A stretch of DNA of 64,000 nucleotides from a bacterium (GTDB taxonomy: Bacteria; Electryoneota; Electryoneia; Electryoneales; Electryoneaceae). How positions within the stretch are numbered: the stretch's first letter is position 1; each line of letters begins with the position of its first letter. The position numbers and the translations under genes were made by a program. Under the pieces are notes generated by a model. It worked only from the letters and a program-made list of their open reading frames with translations. It was not told the origin of the DNA and did not search any database. Location: NCBI GenBank assembly GCA_043801585.1, contig JAZDLX010000200.1:18621-82620 (forward strand), read 5' to 3'. Positions 59,703 to 64,000 of this stretch are shown one piece after another.

Positions 59703-60547
59703 AATCCATGAAAATCTTCCTCGCCGCGGTGGTTGTTTTCGCGATCCTGATTTCGCTGATCACCTTCAAGGTGGATCAAACCCAACAGGCGCTGGTGCTC
59801 GAATTCGGAAAACCGCTGCAGGTCGTCGATCATCCTGGACTCCATTTCAAGTTTCCACCTCCGTTCAGGACCATCGAAGTATTCGAGAAGCGGTTGCTGA
59901 TCTATGACAGCCCGCCGAATGTCGTCGTCACCCAGGACAAAAAGAATCTCGTCGTGGACGCTTTCGCGAGATGGCGGATCGTCGATCCGTTGCTCTTCCG
60001 CCAGACGGTTCGCACGGAACCGGGAGCCCAGGCTCGTCTGGACGACATCATCTATTCCGACCTGCTGCGGGAACTGGGACAGCATGATCTTGACGACATC
60101 GTATCGGTGAACCGCGAAATAATCATGGAGACCGTCACCAACGACGCAAACGTGAAAGCCAAAGACTACGGCATCGAAGTCCTCGATGTGCGGATCAAGC
60201 GAACAGACCTGCCGCAGGAAAATGAGGATGCCATCTTCCGGCGCATGCAGGCGGAACGCCACCGCATCGCGAGCCTCTACCGCAGCGAAGGGGAAGAGGA
60301 AGCGCTGAAGATTCGTGCCCAGGCCGACAAAGAGGTAAAAGTCATCATCGCCGAGAGTTACCGTCAGTCGGAAATCATTCGCGGCAATGCAGAAGCCGAG
60401 GCTATCGAGATCTATGCAAAGTCGTTCAACCGCGATCCCGATTTCTATGATTTCAGCCGCACGTTGGAGATGTACAGGAAGGCGCTGGACGACAAGACGA
60501 CAATCGTTTTGCCACCGAATTCTGTGTTGTTCAAATATCTGAAATAA
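59699..60547 (+). CDS. hflC: FtsH protease modulator HflC
   Basis: FGKP, TQDKKNLVVD.F..W.I.DP, DVRIKR.DLP, RMQAER, DPDFYDFSR. Confidence 0.95.
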   Translation: MKSMKIFLAAVVVFAILISLITFKVDQTQQALVLEFGKPLQVVDHPGLHFKFPPPFRTIEVFEKRLLIYDSPPNVVVTQDKKNLVVDAFARWRIVDPLLFRQTVRTEPGAQARLDDIIYSDLLRELGQHDLDDIVSVNREIIMETVTNDANVKAKDYGIEVLDVRIKRTDLPQENEDAIFRRMQAERHRIASLYRSEGEEEALKIRAQADKEVKVIIAESYRQSEIIRGNAEAEAIEIYAKSFNRDPDFYDFSRTLEMYRKALDDKTTIVLPPNSVLFKYLK

Positions 60548-60629
60548 GTATCGAGGGGAGGAGACGAGGACCTGGCAGGCGACATCCGTTCATCCGTTCG
60601 GATGAACGGACAGGAGGGTAGTATTCGTA

Positions 60630-61400
60630 ATGAGGAATGGGATGGTGAATTCCGAGCAGACTCCGGAGAAGAATCCCTCCGAACAGGTTGGCAGTACGGA
60701 TTCGCTGATGAAACGGTTCAGAACTCTGTTTCTTACCGGGCTGATCGTCCTTGGTCCGATCGTACTCACCATCTGGATCGTCGTTCATCTTTTCCTGTTC
60801 GCGGATAACTTCCTGGGACGGCCGATTCGCTACGTGCTGGGCAACATTCTGGACATTCAGTTCTTCCACGACCAGACCATTTACGGCATCGGCCTGATCT
60901 CGCTGCTCATCCTGATTCTGCTGGCAGGCTGGTTTGCACGCAATTACCTCGGCGGCAAGATCGTCAATCTTATCAATCGCTGGATCAAACACATTCCCCT
61001 GATCAACAAAGTCTACAGCGCATTCCTTCAATTATCGGAGGCGCTTCTCGGGGGGCAGCGAGAGGTATTCAAATATGCCGTGCTCATCGAATACCCCAAG
61101 GATGACGTCTACAGCATCGGTTTTGTCACTCAGGATACTCGTGGGCCCGCACAGAACGCCATCTCCGAGGACGTCATCAGTGTGTTTATCCCGACGACAC
61201 CGAACCCGACATCCGGATACCTTCTGTTCGTGCCGAAACGTGACGTCACATACGTGGATCTTTCTGTTGAGGAGGCGCTGAAACTCGTTATTTCAGGAGG
61301 CACAATCGTCCCGAAGAAAGGGGGAGGGTCTCCGGAAGCGGCAAGGCGCCTGGGAATCAATTTGGGACCAGTCACTCCGGGAGAGACAACTTCACCGTGA
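60630..61400 (+). CDS. DUF502 membrane protein
   Basis: FLTGLIVLGP, IPLINKVY, VLIEYP, VFIPTTPNPTSG, VEEALKLVISGG; start may be 60642 or later. Confidence 0.88.
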   Translation: MRNGMVNSEQTPEKNPSEQVGSTDSLMKRFRTLFLTGLIVLGPIVLTIWIVVHLFLFADNFLGRPIRYVLGNILDIQFFHDQTIYGIGLISLLILILLAGWFARNYLGGKIVNLINRWIKHIPLINKVYSAFLQLSEALLGGQREVFKYAVLIEYPKDDVYSIGFVTQDTRGPAQNAISEDVISVFIPTTPNPTSGYLLFVPKRDVTYVDLSVEEALKLVISGGTIVPKKGGGSPEAARRLGINLGPVTPGETTSP

Positions 61401-63247
61401 GCTCAGCGGCGTGGAAGCAGCTTCTGTTCGCCAGCCTCCTGGTCACGTCCACAGCACAGGCCCAGGAGGCAGATTCACTTCTCTTGCGTTTTCACCAGGA
61501 ATTGAACACACGCTCTCTTCGATTTTTCGGCGGCTGGTTCAGGTCATCCTCCGACTGGATTGTCGATACTCAAGGCCGAACGGAGATTACTGAACGCACG
61601 CTTCCAAAGTATGAACCTCAATGGAAATCGGATGTCGGCTTCGACCTCAGCGCACAACGGTTGATCGCCCCAGGCTGGACAGCGGTGCTGGAATCCGACG
61701 GACAGGATTTTCATGACAGTGAAGCGTCGTTGAGGATTGATCTTGGTTCGGAAGGCTCGCTGCCCCTCGTCAACGCTCTCCCGACAACTCCACTGCGCCC
61801 TGTAACAGGACAGAACAGCCGGATCTCGCGTGCGGCCATCCGTGGTGGGACACGCTGGGAACCGGACCGATCCTGGCAGGTTTCGCTGCTCGGCGGAAGC
61901 GCCATGGATCGCCAACTGGAAGGATCGGGTGAAGGCTTTTCCGGACGCGCTGAGGTCGGCTGGTCCGATCCCGACAACGCCCTGACCCGAATACAGGGTT
62001 CGGGCTGGATTGATTCCTACGGCGACCGTCGTCAACAGGAGACATCTGCCAGCGCAACAACCGAGCGCACGATCGGGGATGCGGAAGACCACCTCAGCGC
62101 CCACTGGCAAAACCGCCGTTACGATTTGTTTCTCGGTGCCGAGAACAACGTTGTCCGCCGGATCAGCGAGGAGACACGTGTCGACAACCGCCTGACGACT
62201 CCGTTGAATCCGAACAATTGGGGGATCTACAACCTCGGGTATCGGCGAAGCACGGTGGATTACCAGGGTGGAGGCCCCGGACGGAGCTACGAACTTGACC
62301 TGATCAACCAGGTGGCGATCCGTGGATACCGCGGTCCCTATGATGGCACCCTCTCCTACGGGTACAACATCGAAGACCGCAAGTACGCCGGAAACCTGAT
62401 CCTCGGGCGTCGCCAGGTGCTCGCAATGGATGCCGGATGGGGCAGTGCCAGGCAGGACAGTCTCCGACTGTACGCATCCACTCAGAAACTGATGTTCGAC
62501 TCCCCGGACACGCTCGAAACGTCCGACCATGACCGTCTGATCCACAGGGTCGTCGTCCGATCCATCCTGCCAATTGGAGAGAGCACCCGCGTACTCGTGG
62601 AAGGTCTGGTCGTGCTGGATCACCTCGTCTACATCAACGCCGACCGATCCAGCGAGAACCGTTGGAACCGTGTCTTTCGGATGATACCATCCGTGGAATG
62701 GGTGCCAGCGCCCGGCTGGCGCAACTGCGCTTCGTTCGAAATTCTTGCCAATTACACTGCGTACGATTTTGAGGATGTGGAGAGCGGCGAGGTTCGGAGC
62801 AACGTTCTGCGACGGTGGTCAGCCGCGGATACGTTGCGGTTTCCTGCTGGCCAGATGCTTACGCTGGAATCGACTGTACGGTACGATCTTGAGGATCGAG
62901 GCCGTCTGCGTTGGGTACAATTTCAGCAGGAGCTCTCAGATGAAATCCATGCGGTCTATCTATCAGCGGCGATCCAACGCAATTTTATCCATCGTACCTC
63001 TCTGAAAACGGGGTACCGTATTCAACGGCGTTATGAGGATCGCTACCTTGTCAATCCGGCAGGAGGGACACAAAGAACACGCTCCCGTACCTACCTTGTC
63101 TATGGGCCTTTTCTGCGCATCCAGACCGGCTGGGGAAATCCACTCCGGCTGATCATCGACACAAACCTTCAGAAGGTGGAAGACTCGGCGGGAAGGGGGC
63201 CGGCACGGCTGGACCGAATCGACATCTCACTTGTCTACCAGTGGTAG
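61397..63247 (+). CDS. Probable outer-membrane beta-barrel protein of unknown function
   Basis: Signal peptide (AQA), amphipathic beta-strand pattern, C-terminal aromatic motif (ISLVYQW). Confidence 0.65.
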   Translation: MSSAAWKQLLFASLLVTSTAQAQEADSLLLRFHQELNTRSLRFFGGWFRSSSDWIVDTQGRTEITERTLPKYEPQWKSDVGFDLSAQRLIAPGWTAVLESDGQDFHDSEASLRIDLGSEGSLPLVNALPTTPLRPVTGQNSRISRAAIRGGTRWEPDRSWQVSLLGGSAMDRQLEGSGEGFSGRAEVGWSDPDNALTRIQGSGWIDSYGDRRQQETSASATTERTIGDAEDHLSAHWQNRRYDLFLGAENNVVRRISEETRVDNRLTTPLNPNNWGIYNLGYRRSTVDYQGGGPGRSYELDLINQVAIRGYRGPYDGTLSYGYNIEDRKYAGNLILGRRQVLAMDAGWGSARQDSLRLYASTQKLMFDSPDTLETSDHDRLIHRVVVRSILPIGESTRVLVEGLVVLDHLVYINADRSSENRWNRVFRMIPSVEWVPAPGWRNCASFEILANYTAYDFEDVESGEVRSNVLRRWSAADTLRFPAGQMLTLESTVRYDLEDRGRLRWVQFQQELSDEIHAVYLSAAIQRNFIHRTSLKTGYRIQRRYEDRYLVNPAGGTQRTRSRTYLVYGPFLRIQTGWGNPLRLIIDTNLQKVEDSAGRGPARLDRIDISLVYQW

Positions 63248-63260
63248 GAGATCGCGGGTA

Positions 63261-64000
63261 ATGAAAAGATCCGTCCGGGTTCCGCTTACTCTCGCCCTTG
63301 TTTTCCTCGCGTCCTCCGCAGTGATGGCTCTTCCGAAGCAGATACCACCGCTGACAATAATCGCACCTCCCGCTCGCATCGACACGATCATCGTCACAGG
63401 CAACCGAACGACTCAGCGGTTTGTCATCCTCAACGAAATCGAGCTCCATCCGGGATCCATCGCCAATGTGGAAACCATGCGTGATGACCAGGAGCGGCTT
63501 GAATCCATTGCACTGTTCAGTCACGCCCGGCTCGATCTCGGCCACACCAACGACGGAAAAAACGTCCTTTTGGTCGATGTCACCGAGCTCTGGTACATCT
63601 GGCCCGGGCTGTATCTCGCCATCGACGAGCAGGACCCCAGCCGCATCGCCTACGGCCTGATCATTTCACACGAAAATTTCCGGGGACGCCGTGAACGGTT
63701 GTCGTTGAACGCCCGGGTGGGGTTCACTCACGGTTTCGAGTTCGAATGGGCGATCCCTTACCTGGTGAACAACAAGGCCGATTGGTCGTTGCTCATTGAC
63801 GCCGGAAGTGTGACGGAAAACGAGCCTCGGTACCTGAGGGACCGCAACAATATCAAGGCCCGGGACCGCTACCTGGGCATCTCGCTCGGCCATCGGATCA
63901 ACCTGCAGAATTCGCTCTACCTGAAATCCCGCCTCAGCGAGCGAAATTTCACTCCTTATGACGGACGAACAACGATTGCCGAAGATCTCTCCGGATCCGG
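63261..64000 (+). CDS. POTRA-domain BamA/TamA-like outer-membrane protein (3'-truncated)
   Basis: Signal peptide, then IDTIIVTGN..T...VILNEI...RLESIALFS...VDVTELWYIWP, HENFRGR; open to the window end; absent from the ORF track. Confidence 0.8.
   Translation, partial: MKRSVRVPLTLALVFLASSAVMALPKQIPPLTIIAPPARIDTIIVTGNRTTQRFVILNEIELHPGSIANVETMRDDQERLESIALFSHARLDLGHTNDGKNVLLVDVTELWYIWPGLYLAIDEQDPSRIAYGLIISHENFRGRRERLSLNARVGFTHGFEFEWAIPYLVNNKADWSLLIDAGSVTENEPRYLRDRNNIKARDRYLGISLGHRINLQNSLYLKSRLSERNFTPYDGRTTIAEDLSGS

Overview
Mostly core chromosomal DNA from a GC-rich diderm bacterium. The pheT-zapB-zapA-6S RNA-rny order and overall gene content suggest an FCB-group lineage (inference). Housekeeping genes include guaB, rpsT, cobB, pyrK/pyrD, rlpA, cdsA, argF, pheS/pheT, rny, pckA, a biotin carboxylase plus carrier pair, dnaK, fprA and hflK/hflC. 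The window also has tRNA-Leu(CAG), a 6S RNA, a TetR-TolC-MFP-RND efflux operon and an imuB-dnaE2 mutagenesis cassette. An AT-richer chemosensory block (about 28.4-34.0 kb) is visibly decaying: a cheB stub is fused by deletion to a frameshifted HDOD gene. The best novel candidates are non-coding: (1) a roughly 90-nt three-hairpin RNA on the minus strand (35982-35892) with a sigma54-type promoter, an IHF-like site and its own terminator; (2) a sigma54 promoter plus IHF site upstream of a monocistronic dnaK; (3) an SOS-box-like palindrome filling the spacer of an apparently leaderless imuB promoter; (4) a MITE-like element and a REP-like element with a 6 x 23-bp tandem tail. The RND pump lacks the canonical proton-relay Asp/Lys residues. 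I saw no CRISPR array, integrase or transposase. All calls come from reading the sequence by eye; no database searches were run.
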